Shown piece after piece: positions 1-9,662 of a stretch of 64,000 bases of DNA. The stretch comes from Christensenella sp. UBA3217 (GTDB lineage Bacteria; Bacillota; Clostridia; Christensenellales; CAG-1252). The DNA is taken from contig DEWF01000005.1 in the NCBI GenBank assembly GCA_002363545.1, positions 44,294-108,293 of the forward strand. The letters run 5' to 3'. The number at the start of each line of letters is the position of its first letter. Position 1 is the first letter of the stretch. Under the pieces are notes generated by a model, which made no database searches, was not told where the DNA came from, and worked only from the letters and a program-made list of their open reading frames with translations. Position numbers and translations under genes: made by a program.

Positions 1-3000
1 ACGATTCGCAACCTGAATGTGGTGGTGGAGAGCGGAACCTATGGTTCTGTGAATACCGACCGCACTGCGGTGCTTGCGTCTTATGCAGAAGGTAGGATCG
101 AAAACGTGGAGATCACGGTGAAAGAGGGTGCTACCATCCTTGGCAAGACGGCGGCGGTGGTGGCGGCAACCTTCTTTGGTGAGATGGAGAACGTCAACCT
201 TACCCTTGCCGGTATAGTGAGGGCGGCAAACAAAGGAAACGTTGCCATCGCAGGCGGCTTTACGGGCGCAAACGACGGCACTGTGAAGAGCGTAGAAGCG
301 ACCCTTGCGGATAGCGCGGAGATCACGGTTTCCGAAGCGGCCACCGCTTATGTGGGCGTGATCGCGGGCGAAAACTATAAAGCGATCTCCTGCGTGACGG
401 TGTATTACGAAGGCAAACTTGCCGCCGCCGCTACCATGACGGGTTATGCCGGTGTGGTGACCGCACTTAACCTCGGCTACGTGGAAAACGCTTACGTGGA
501 GATCACGGACGGCGTGTTCGGTGAGTGTATTTCGGGCGGTTTGGTCGGTAATAACGTAAACGTGATCACCACTTCTCTTGTGAAGATAGCAGGTACTTTT
601 ACCGGTACGGACGGTGCGATCGGTTATACCAAGGCAAACGACCCCGAAAAGGTTTATAACGTGTGGGTGTATTCCGACAAGGTGGCCAATCTTTCCTCGG
701 CAAACTGCGTGAACGGCATTACCTTTGAAGAAGGTTTGATTCTCTCTTGCCCCGATGCGGCGGCTGTCAGAGCGGGCAAGATCGAATTTGCGAACGACGT
801 TTCGGCATTGAAGACGGGAATGCGCCTCTTTGCAAACGTTAAGAACGGCGAATTTGAGGCGGGAAGCGGCGCCGCTATGGATCATATCGTGTATACCGAT
901 ACTGCTTTTGCCTTTGTATCTTATACGATGGATTCCGAAACGGTGATCCCCGCCAAAGTGGCAAATTATAAAATGTGCCTCGTCACCAGAAACGAGATCG
1001 CAAGCGGCAGTGAATTATACGCCTTTGCACTTGCCATGCAAAGCGGCATTGCCTTTGACGCTTGCACCTTTACCTTGGAAGCGGACTTTACTCTCCCCGA
1101 AAGAGTGTTCCCGACGATAGACCTTGGTGCGAACGTTGTTTTGAACGGTAAACATCACGTGGTGACGGTTGGAAACGCAACCCTCGGTGCAGGACTCTTC
1201 GGCAGGAATGAAGGTGAGATCGATAATATCGGCATGCGCCTTACCAAGACGGGGGCAGCTTCCCTTGTGGCGGAGAATAACGGCAGCCTTAGGAATGCCG
1301 TGGTGTATCTTGAAAAAGAGGTTTCTTTAACGGGAGGCAAGTATTTCGTTGCGGATGGCAGCGGTTCTATTGCCAACCTGTGGCTGGTGGTCAGAGATGC
1401 CGTGGCACCTCAGGAGAACGCGGCGTATAAGACCATTAGGATCAACGGCATTGGCGCGCTCGTGCAGGGCGGCGCGAATGGCGGCATGACCTTTACCGCG
1501 GAGAATACCGAAGAGGGCATGATCTTTATAGGCTATACGGATGGTGAGGCACTCACCTATACCGATGCGCTCTTTAATACCGCGGATAAGGCAAAGGCTC
1601 TCTACACGGCAGAATTTATTTCCACCGTTTTGGATAGCGACTATAAGTTGCAGGTACTCAGTGACGTGGCTTCCCTTGGCTTTACGGGTGCCAACGTCAC
1701 CTTTACCCTCGGAGCGGATCTTACTGCAAACAACGCCCTCTTTACTGCGCCTTTCGTGGGCAAGGTTGTGGGCAACGGACATGCCGTAAGAGCCACCGCG
1801 GCCGTGGTAGGTAGTTTGTTTGGAAAGTTTGCGGGTGAGATGACGAACGTGGTTTTGGATCTTACCGCACTTGCCTCTTCCGACGTGACTCTCTTTGCAA
1901 ACGATAACGGTATTACCCTTATGAACGTTGTGATCAAAGAAGGCAGAAGCGCCTTGGCAATGGGTGCGGCGGTGCAAGCGACTAACGTTTGGATCGAGAG
2001 CGAGAACGAGGCTCTTTACGATAAGTTCCTTTTGCCGGGTGAGGATGCGGCGCTTTATGCGAGCTTCTCCTTGCTTTATAGAAACGGCGGCGCGAGTTAT
2101 ACCTTCTCTTCTGCCATAACCGTTACGGCGGCGGATACCGATGAGCAGGTGTTTGCGGGTTACTTTGAGCAAAAGAATGCGGTGCTTGGCGTTATTGGCA
2201 AGAACAAGAGCCTTGCGCTTCCGGTTTCTGCGGGCAAGATCTATATGCTCAACTATATCAACAGAGTGCTCTCCTCTTCGGATGATCTCTTCCGTTTGAG
2301 CACGGCGGTAAGCGGCGGCTTTGACTTTGATGGCGTCACCTTCACGGTGGCGGACGGCGGCTTTACCGTGGATAGAGAGATCAAGACCATCGGCAGTGAA
2401 AGCGCACCCTTCAAGGGAAGCATTTGCGGAAACGATAAAGCCAGCACCGAATCGGATACGCTTTCGGTCATCACCTTTGCGAATTATACTTCGGAAGATC
2501 ACTTTACGGTGTATCCCTTCTTGGATCGCCTGTACGGTGAACTTTGCAATTTGTTCTTCCGCTATGATGAAGAAGCGGTGTTTGCCGGCACTCCCACGCT
2601 GGTGAACCGTAATACAGGCGCCATGCGTTCGGTGGTTGTCGCTTCCGAAGCTGCCGACCTCTTTGAGGGCGGCGCGGGCTTGACCTTAATGAACGAAGGC
2701 GATATGGAAAACTGCTGGTTTGTTACCGGTGGCACCGAAAAGGGTGTTGCGGAAGGCAGTTTGGTGGGCGTGAACGAAATGCGTTTGGATTCTTCCATCT
2801 TTGACCTGATGGATCTTTCCTTTAACGGAAGTCGTTTGAGCTTTGCGCTCTCACCCATGGTCGGTTATTACGTGTGCTTGTATAACTATCAAGGTGAAGT
2901 GGTGTTCCCGGGTAATTACAATTATGCTTCGGGCATGTACGTATCGCCCGCCACGGCGTCGGGTGTAAAACTTGCGGTAAAGAGCAGCAACGTGATCACG

Positions 3001-6000
3001 AACCAAGATGAACTCATTTATCTCGGATACCTTACCTCGGGAGAAAACTTCCAGGCGGGTAGCGTGATCACCCTCGGAGCAGACCTTGTGATAGACAGGG
3101 CAATGAACACCGTGATAGCGGACGGCATGATCTTTGATCTGAACGGGCATAGCATCCGCTTGAACGCGCCCACGGGCTCGAATGCGGTACTCTTTGGCAA
3201 GAACTCGACGGCCGGCAGCATCAAGAACGGCTCCGTTTATCTCCGCAAAGGTTATTACGGTTTGGCGGCGGCGGGAACGAACCTGCAAAACGTTGCGCTC
3301 TTCTTGGAAGACGCCGCGATCACGCTGCCCGAATACGTGCTTGTGGATAACAGCGTGACGGTGGTGACTGCCTATCGCGCATATGCCGACTTCACGGATG
3401 ATTCTTATTTGGTTTCGGAAGAGGGCATGTATTACTTCATGTACGCTCCCAAGCAGGCAGCTTTCTCGGCTGTCTTTGACGAGCAAAAAGCAATGTCCTT
3501 CGAGGGCAAAGAGAATGACCTTTACTATTACAGCAAAATCGTGGAAGTGAGCCCGCAAGAACAAGAAGCGTTGTTTGCGCCCAAGGTCATTGCCACCGCG
3601 CAAGATTACGAAGCCTTTGTGAAGGCAACGAACAATCAAGATGATCACTTTGCTTTCGTTACGGATAGTACCGGCGAGCATTTGCCCGTGGTCATTACTC
3701 TTGCAGCGGACGTGACGCTGGACGGTATTCAGCATACAGCCGTGCATTTTGAAGGTACTTTGTTGGCGGGTGGTCACACCGTCACCATCCAAAACGCCGC
3801 TTTCTCGGATACCTATTTGGATCTTGGTGAAAACGGATCGGCAAGCGATCTGGCTCTTGCCTTGGTCAATTGTGTGATCTCGAACGATGCGGATCTTATT
3901 GCGCTCTCTGCGTCTTCCCGCATTGCGCTCGTGGTTTACCGCGATGCGCTTGATCTGCCCGTTGTGGAAACGGATGCTTGCGTGGCGAACGTGTACGGAG
4001 AAGAGGGCAGAATCCAAGTGATCTTCGGCGATAAGATCCTGTTCCGCGCACAAGAAACGCAGTCCTTTGCCTTGCGTTATTGGAAAGATGCAGACGGCGT
4101 TGAGATCAACAAAGAAAACGGAAAAGTGAAAGATCGCTATGACGGCGAACAAGCGGTATCCGTTTACTTTGAACGTTGCTACCGCGTAAAGGTGGTTTAT
4201 TCCATCACCGATACCGATGGCGCCGATCGTACTGAAGAGATCCAAAAGAACCATGCGGATAACCTTCCCACCTTTACGGGAACGGGCGTTTACTTCGTTT
4301 CCGATGCTCCGGCTATCTCGGTTGTTGTTGCGAATATCGGAGAGAGTTTCTTCCTGCGCGAAGTGGGGGGGGACGATCACGCCACCGTCACCGTTTCCGA
4401 TGCGGATGCTTGGGTGTTTAACGTGGCTTACACGAGCGCGCAGTACGAAATTACCCTCACGGCAAAACTTACCTATTTGGAAATGAGCTGGAAGAAGACT
4501 ACCTATAACGCAAGCAAGCAGAGCATTGGCGATCTGGACGAGTTTAAAACGGATCTGATCGCGGCGGGATACACGGCGGATAAGTACGATATCGAATTCT
4601 ATCCCACACCGCTTGGCGATACTCCCGCGCTTGTGGAGGGCATGCCTTATCATGCGGGCAGTTATCTCATTACCTTTACCGTCACCACCAAGGGCAAAGG
4701 GGACAGGGTCCTTTGCTATGCTTACTGCGGTTTGGAGATCCAAAAGGCGCTTCTTACCTTTGAAAGCATTGAGATCGAGGATAAGGTGTATGACGGCACG
4801 GACGTGGCAAACTTGAAAGCAGGAAGTTTGCGCATCAGCGGCTTCTGCGGCGAAGAATACGGCGCAGAGGATGCTCGCAACGAAAGCAGATACGTTTCCT
4901 TGCAAGGTCTTACCTTCCGTTTTGCCAATGCGGATGCCGAGCAGGGCAAAGCCGTTTACGTGGCGGGTAAAGGCATGCTTGCTTATGATCCCACCTTTGA
5001 TGCGGACGGTAGCAAGCGCTACGTGTATTTGAACTATCGCTTTGATGACGCTTCGGTTTCTTCCGTGGAGAACGGAAAGATCACCGCAAACATCAAACTT
5101 GCCACCCTCAGGTTGGAAGTGGCGTCCAAAGAAGTGGAGTATTTGCAACAGTTTAACGAGCAGGACGAGATCGATACCGACGTCACCGGCATTTTGCCGT
5201 CGAGCGTCAGCGGTCTTGTGACGGCGGACGAGCAGGCTTACGCCGCGCTTGCGCCCACCTTGCTTTCCAGAGAAAAGGCGGACGTGTATGACGCAGGCTA
5301 TTATCGCATCATCGTGAAGAACAACTTGGAGCTCAAAAACTACAACGTGATCTTGACGGGTGAGGAAGCTTACTATATCGTAAAGCCCTCTCTTGTGAAA
5401 GTTGTGTTTGCAACTGACGATACGATGGTGTACGGTGATAATGATCATTCTCCCCAATACGGCGTGTTTAAGGGTACGGACGAGAGCGGCACCTATAAGG
5501 GTATGCACGCGGGTGATGAACTCTACTTTACCCAAGTTGTGTATAATGGCGGCGAGGAGATGATCCCGAGCGAAAATAGATATTCCTTCACCTGCCTGTT
5601 CTCGGCTGAGAATAAGAACTACACTGTTAAGGCGGATAGTTATAAAATCGTGAATGGCGTAAGCCTTCCCGTGTTGCAAGGCAATGAAACGCTTACCGTG
5701 ACCAAAAAGCCCGTTCAGGCGGAAGGTGACGATAGACGCAACAATAAGAGCGTTGGCAAGAAGAAGGAAAGCATTTATGCTTCGCTGAGCGCAGGCTACT
5801 CCTTTGCCAAGGCGGACCACAAACTCGTTGCCACCAGAGCGCAAGGTGAAAGGGTTGGCGATTATTTGCTCACCTTTGCGGTTGTGGATGCAAGCGGTGC
5901 CGACGTGACTGCGCGCTACACCATTCAAACGGCGCGTGATTACTACTATCATATCGATCCCGTCACCTTGATCATCAAGCCCACCAGAACTTCGGTGATC

Positions 6001-7560
6001 TACGGCAATTCCATCAGCGCCATCAATTACACCTTTGCGGTGGAAGGAGGCGGTATCTCCAACAGCGAGCTTTATTACGCGATCTACGGTACCGAGAAAT
6101 CTTCCGTGACCCTTGCGGACCTTGGCATCACCGCCGTGGTGGGATACAGCCAAGATACCGTGTTGGATGTGGGTGAGTACGGCGCCAACCTTGAATGGGG
6201 ATTCACCGATCCCGATTCCGCTTTGAACGCCAATATCCAAAACGTGTTGATGAGCGGCGGACAAAATAAGATCATCGTGCAACAGCGTTACGTGACCATC
6301 ACCATCTCGCAAAAGAAAGTGAACAACAGGGATTACAAGACGTACGACGGCAAGAAGATCACCAATCTTTCCACCTATATGACTTACGAGGTGAACTCCG
6401 GCGATATCATCAGAAAGGATAGAGATAATCTTTCGGTGGTGCTGGATGAGTATATCTTGATGGGTGACGGCGTATCCGTCGGTATTTATCCGGTGGATGG
6501 TAAGTTCCACCTGCATGCCAAGGATGGAAGCAATGCGGCGGATAACTACTTTATCAAAGTGGTACAAGGCACGCTTACCATTGAAACGTATGCCGTTAGA
6601 GTGAATGCGCGCGTGGGTTACTTTGATGAGGAAGGAAACTTTACCCCCGCCACCATCACGCGCACGGACGGAGAAGAGGAAGATACCATCTATTACGGTG
6701 ATTCCCGCGCGGTGCTTTGCTTTACCTTGGGAACGCCGGCGGCGGCAAGCATGCTGAACGTGCCCACGAACGGCACGGATAAGGAGATATCCGATCGCAT
6801 TGAGTCTGCGTTGAAGATCTCCTATTACCGCTTGAACACCCTCACTTCCTTTACCAATAACGGCTCCAACGCCGCAACGAACACCGGCCTAAGCTCGGCA
6901 AACACCAATTACAAGGTGACCTTTGATAACATATCCATCTCGGTTGCTCGCGTGCATTTGACATTAAAGATCAATTCGCCCAAGAAGGTGATCGGTGAGC
7001 CTGATCCCGAGATCACGTACACCATCATCGCAAGGGATCCGGATGATAACAACAAAGAGATCAAAGATTATAACGAGATCTCCAAGGGTACCTTCACTGT
7101 GGTGATCACCGCAGAGAGAACGGGTGGCGAATCGCTTGGTAGTTATACTTATACCGACGTGGCAATAGACCTCGTTAACGCTGTGAACGGTCAGTCCCTG
7201 TTTGACGAGAATTCCGAAACGGGCAAAGATTTTGCCGAGAATATCGAGTTAAAGAAGCCCGCCAAGTTGGCACTTGAAATTGAAGAAGAGTCCTTCCTCA
7301 AATCCACCCTCGGCAAGTGGCTGGTGTACGGCGGATCGGTGGCGGTATTTGCTGCGCTGGTCATCGTTATGATGGTGGTAGTGCCCAAAAAACGCGCCAA
7401 AAAACTTGCCAAGAAGGCGGCGGAACAGGACGCAAAAAAAGCCAAAGAAGAGCAGGAAAATAAAGAGCAGGGCGAAGAGGTAAAAGAGGATGCCGGCGAA
7501 GAGCCCGCTTCCGAACAGCATGCGGCGGAGCAAGAGTCCGAACCCAAGAAGGAAGAATAA
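1..7560 (+). CDS. Giant repeat-rich cell-surface protein (GLUG-like G-G-[LF]-x-G repeats); 5' end outside window; C-terminal TM anchor with K/E-rich tail
   Basis: The frame is open from base 1. The listed ORF 19..7560 begins at an internal GTG, and bases 1-18 read TIRNLN in frame. Recurrent motifs include ISGGLVGNN, AIAGGFTGANDG and VGVIAGENY, plus modules of the form F-x-G-x-[VL]-x-G-x-G-H-x-V. The C-terminus has a hydrophobic helix WLVYGGSVAVFAALVIVMMVVV followed by PKKRAKKLAKKAAEQDAKKAKEE. No LPXTG motif. Confidence 0.85.
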   Translation, partial: TIRNLNVVVESGTYGSVNTDRTAVLASYAEGRIENVEITVKEGATILGKTAAVVAATFFGEMENVNLTLAGIVRAANKGNVAIAGGFTGANDGTVKSVEATLADSAEITVSEAATAYVGVIAGENYKAISCVTVYYEGKLAAAATMTGYAGVVTALNLGYVENAYVEITDGVFGECISGGLVGNNVNVITTSLVKIAGTFTGTDGAIGYTKANDPEKVYNVWVYSDKVANLSSANCVNGITFEEGLILSCPDAAAVRAGKIEFANDVSALKTGMRLFANVKNGEFEAGSGAAMDHIVYTDTAFAFVSYTMDSETVIPAKVANYKMCLVTRNEIASGSELYAFALAMQSGIAFDACTFTLEADFTLPERVFPTIDLGANVVLNGKHHVVTVGNATLGAGLFGRNEGEIDNIGMRLTKTGAASLVAENNGSLRNAVVYLEKEVSLTGGKYFVADGSGSIANLWLVVRDAVAPQENAAYKTIRINGIGALVQGGANGGMTFTAENTEEGMIFIGYTDGEALTYTDALFNTADKAKALYTAEFISTVLDSDYKLQVLSDVASLGFTGANVTFTLGADLTANNALFTAPFVGKVVGNGHAVRATAAVVGSLFGKFAGEMTNVVLDLTALASSDVTLFANDNGITLMNVVIKEGRSALAMGAAVQATNVWIESENEALYDKFLLPGEDAALYASFSLLYRNGGASYTFSSAITVTAADTDEQVFAGYFEQKNAVLGVIGKNKSLALPVSAGKIYMLNYINRVLSSSDDLFRLSTAVSGGFDFDGVTFTVADGGFTVDREIKTIGSESAPFKGSICGNDKASTESDTLSVITFANYTSEDHFTVYPFLDRLYGELCNLFFRYDEEAVFAGTPTLVNRNTGAMRSVVVASEAADLFEGGAGLTLMNEGDMENCWFVTGGTEKGVAEGSLVGVNEMRLDSSIFDLMDLSFNGSRLSFALSPMVGYYVCLYNYQGEVVFPGNYNYASGMYVSPATASGVKLAVKSSNVITNQDELIYLGYLTSGENFQAGSVITLGADLVIDRAMNTVIADGMIFDLNGHSIRLNAPTGSNAVLFGKNSTAGSIKNGSVYLRKGYYGLAAAGTNLQNVALFLEDAAITLPEYVLVDNSVTVVTAYRAYADFTDDSYLVSEEGMYYFMYAPKQAAFSAVFDEQKAMSFEGKENDLYYYSKIVEVSPQEQEALFAPKVIATAQDYEAFVKATNNQDDHFAFVTDSTGEHLPVVITLAADVTLDGIQHTAVHFEGTLLAGGHTVTIQNAAFSDTYLDLGENGSASDLALALVNCVISNDADLIALSASSRIALVVYRDALDLPVVETDACVANVYGEEGRIQVIFGDKILFRAQETQSFALRYWKDADGVEINKENGKVKDRYDGEQAVSVYFERCYRVKVVYSITDTDGADRTEEIQKNHADNLPTFTGTGVYFVSDAPAISVVVANIGESFFLREVGGDDHATVTVSDADAWVFNVAYTSAQYEITLTAKLTYLEMSWKKTTYNASKQSIGDLDEFKTDLIAAGYTADKYDIEFYPTPLGDTPALVEGMPYHAGSYLITFTVTTKGKGDRVLCYAYCGLEIQKALLTFESIEIEDKVYDGTDVANLKAGSLRISGFCGEEYGAEDARNESRYVSLQGLTFRFANADAEQGKAVYVAGKGMLAYDPTFDADGSKRYVYLNYRFDDASVSSVENGKITANIKLATLRLEVASKEVEYLQQFNEQDEIDTDVTGILPSSVSGLVTADEQAYAALAPTLLSREKADVYDAGYYRIIVKNNLELKNYNVILTGEEAYYIVKPSLVKVVFATDDTMVYGDNDHSPQYGVFKGTDESGTYKGMHAGDELYFTQVVYNGGEEMIPSENRYSFTCLFSAENKNYTVKADSYKIVNGVSLPVLQGNETLTVTKKPVQAEGDDRRNNKSVGKKKESIYASLSAGYSFAKADHKLVATRAQGERVGDYLLTFAVVDASGADVTARYTIQTARDYYYHIDPVTLIIKPTRTSVIYGNSISAINYTFAVEGGGISNSELYYAIYGTEKSSVTLADLGITAVVGYSQDTVLDVGEYGANLEWGFTDPDSALNANIQNVLMSGGQNKIIVQQRYVTITISQKKVNNRDYKTYDGKKITNLSTYMTYEVNSGDIIRKDRDNLSVVLDEYILMGDGVSVGIYPVDGKFHLHAKDGSNAADNYFIKVVQGTLTIETYAVRVNARVGYFDEEGNFTPATITRTDGEEEDTIYYGDSRAVLCFTLGTPAAASMLNVPTNGTDKEISDRIESALKISYYRLNTLTSFTNNGSNAATNTGLSSANTNYKVTFDNISISVARVHLTLKINSPKKVIGEPDPEITYTIIARDPDDNNKEIKDYNEISKGTFTVVITAERTGGESLGSYTYTDVAIDLVNAVNGQSLFDENSETGKDFAENIELKKPAKLALEIEEESFLKSTLGKWLVYGGSVAVFAALVIVMMVVVPKKRAKKLAKKAAEQDAKKAKEEQENKEQGEEVKEDAGEEPASEQHAAEQESEPKKEE

Positions 7561-7646
7561 AAAGTGAGCCGCTTCTCCCGTAAAGGGGGGAGCGGCCATC
7601 AATGGGAAAAATCTTTGGACAAAGGGCAAATTCATGCCGCTCCAAG

Positions 7647-7675
7647 TTGACTTCCCGAAAGAATAGCAATACAAT
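7647..7675 (+). promoter_or_regulatory. Sigma-A type promoter for the 7717 gene
   Basis: TTGACT (7647-7652), 17-nt spacer, TACAAT (7670-7675). An AGGAG RBS lies before the ATG at 7717. Confidence 0.5.
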
Positions 7676-7716
7676 AAGAAGATTCCATTTCAGAATAGCA
7701 TTTTTAGGAGAATACA

Positions 7717-8472
7717 ATGGCAAAACCTTTTAAGATCAAAACACAAGATATCGCAGTTGCAGGTATATTCCTTTCTTTCATTTTGGTGTTTATGTTGGTG
7801 CCATTTAACACCTTTGGAGTCAACATGGCGTTCATTCCTTTGATCGCCGTTTGTTTGGCTGCCACCGTGAAAGGCTTTTGGATGGGGCTTGCCATGGGTA
7901 TTGCCTTTGGCGTGGCGTCGCTGGTCGGTTCCTACATCCACCCCGATCTGACCGCGCCCATGTTCCACAACCCCGTGGTTTCCGTTCTCCCGCGCGTGTT
8001 TATTCCCATCACGGTGCATTTCTCCTTCAAGTTTGTAAAGTGGTTGCTCCGCAATAAGAGGGACGACTTATCTACCGGCGCGGCATCCGTTGTGTCCACG
8101 GTGATCGGCGTTTGCACTAACACCTTATTGGTGCTTGCCACTTGGGCTATCTTCTATTTCGGTCGCACCTTTACTTTTGAGGGGAACAGCTTGACCATCA
8201 CGGGCGCTTTCCTTGTATCTGTCATTAGCTCGAATTTTATTGCGGAACTTATCATTTGCGCAGTGATTACACCCGTGATCTGCACGGCGGTGCGTATTGC
8301 GCTCGGTATTGATAGAAAGGGCGCGCCCATTGCGGAGCACGCTTCGGCGGCAACTCCTCTTGAAGAAGTGACCGCTTTGCCGCAAGAGCAAGAAGACGAG
8401 GGCGGTTCTTTTGAAAAGGAGCAGTGTGCCGACGTTGAAAAAACGTCGGAAGATACCGAAGAAAAGCAATAA
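7717..8472 (+). CDS. Polytopic membrane protein, ECF-transporter S-component-like, with acidic C-terminal tail
   Basis: About 6 hydrophobic helices. The N-terminus (KTQDIAVAGIFLSFILVFMLVP...IPLIAVCLAATVKGFWMGLAMGIAFG) resembles ECF substrate-capture subunits. Substrate unknown. Confidence 0.5.
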   Translation: MAKPFKIKTQDIAVAGIFLSFILVFMLVPFNTFGVNMAFIPLIAVCLAATVKGFWMGLAMGIAFGVASLVGSYIHPDLTAPMFHNPVVSVLPRVFIPITVHFSFKFVKWLLRNKRDDLSTGAASVVSTVIGVCTNTLLVLATWAIFYFGRTFTFEGNSLTITGAFLVSVISSNFIAELIICAVITPVICTAVRIALGIDRKGAPIAEHASAATPLEEVTALPQEQEDEGGSFEKEQCADVEKTSEDTEEKQ

Positions 8473-8667
8473 AAAATCACCGCTCATGAAAGAATAAAAC
8501 ATTTGTTTTTCAAAATACTTGCATTTTTAATTGGATAGTGATATGCTATAAAAGCCTAATTATAATGGGGCGGTATTTTCTGCATATCTTTATGGGATAA
8601 GAAGGGGATATTGACTTATTTATAATAAATAATAAGAAAAAGAGAGAAACTTCTCATCGGAGGACGA

Positions 8668-9660
8668 ATGAAAGCACGTTATCTGGAAATAGAAAAGCTG
8701 TTCCTGTCCAAATACGCCATGCCTTCATGCGAGACTCGCGGGCGTGAGATCCCCGTGGAGCCTTGTCCTCTTCGCACGGAATTTCAGCGTGACCGTGACC
8801 GCATCATTCACAGCAAGGCCTTCCGCAGGCTCAAACACAAAACGCAGGTGTTTATTTCTCCCGAAGGGGATCACTATCGCACGCGTTTGACTCACACTCT
8901 GGAAGTAACGCAGATCGCGCGGACCATTGCCACCGGTCTTTGTTTGAATGCCGACCTTACCGAGGCCATTGCCTTGGGGCATGACGTAGGGCACACTCCC
9001 TTCGGGCATGCGGGGGAGGAAGTTTTCAGCCGTCTTCTCGGCAAACCCTTCCGTCATAACGAACAGAGCCGCCGCGTGGTGGAAGTGTTGGAAAACGACG
9101 GGAAAGGTTTGAACCTTACTTGGGAAGTACGCGATGGGATAGAAAACCACAAGTTATCTTTGCATCCCGCCACGTTGGAGGGAAAGGTGGTAAGTTATTC
9201 CGACCGCATTGCGTATATCAATCACGATATTGACGACGCGGTGATGGCAGGCGTGATCACCGAGGATATGATCCCCAAGGATTGCGTGGAAGTGCTTGGC
9301 GCCACCAAGAGCGCTCGCGTGAATACCCTTGTGCTGGATATGGTGAATTTCAGTTATGACAAACCGCAAGTGGCGCTTTCTCGTGACGTGCAATATGCGC
9401 TGGATAAACTGTATGCCTTTATGAACGAAAAGGTGTATGCTTATCACTCCGCAAAAGGGGAGGAAACCAAGGCAAAGAAGCTCTTGGAAACCTTGTATTT
9501 CTATTATTTGGAGCATTTTGAAGAGGTGCCGGACCCCTATCACAGAATGTCCGCCGAGTGCGGCAGGGAAAGATCGGTGTGCGACTATCTTGCCAGCATG
9601 ACCGACCGCTATGCCGTGTCCACATATGAAAAACTGTTTATTCCCAATGATTGGAGATAG
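8668..9660 (+). CDS. dgt: dGTP triphosphohydrolase-like HD-domain protein
   Basis: RDRDRIIHSKAFRRLKHKTQVF, HYRTRLTHTLEV, LGHDVGHTPFGHAGE. GGAGGA RBS. Conserved position upstream of dnaG. Confidence 0.9.
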   Translation: MKARYLEIEKLFLSKYAMPSCETRGREIPVEPCPLRTEFQRDRDRIIHSKAFRRLKHKTQVFISPEGDHYRTRLTHTLEVTQIARTIATGLCLNADLTEAIALGHDVGHTPFGHAGEEVFSRLLGKPFRHNEQSRRVVEVLENDGKGLNLTWEVRDGIENHKLSLHPATLEGKVVSYSDRIAYINHDIDDAVMAGVITEDMIPKDCVEVLGATKSARVNTLVLDMVNFSYDKPQVALSRDVQYALDKLYAFMNEKVYAYHSAKGEETKAKKLLETLYFYYLEHFEEVPDPYHRMSAECGRERSVCDYLASMTDRYAVSTYEKLFIPNDWR

Positions 9661-9662
9661 TC

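Noticed and set aside
2851-6567. 1238-aa ORF on the minus strand, the second-longest ORF in the track
   Set aside because: It lies entirely antisense to the giant surface-protein gene. Its sequence is low-complexity and rich in R/H/G/I, with no motifs, no RBS and no TM or signal logic. It is a typical shadow ORF of a long gene that is stop-poor on its complementary strand. The same applies to 1327..2502(-) and the smaller ORFs overlapping 1..7560.
7568-7596. GC-rich hairpin GCCGCTTCTCCC-gtaaa-GGGGGGAGCGGC after the giant gene, considered as an intrinsic terminator
   Set aside because: The stem is strong, but no U-tract follows it, so I did not call it as a terminator. It may still act as an RNA-stability element.
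8519-8547. Possible promoter TTGCAT-17-TATGCT upstream of dgt
   Set aside because: The match is plausible, but several equally weak alternatives exist in this AT-rich 195-nt spacer, so I did not list it as a feature.
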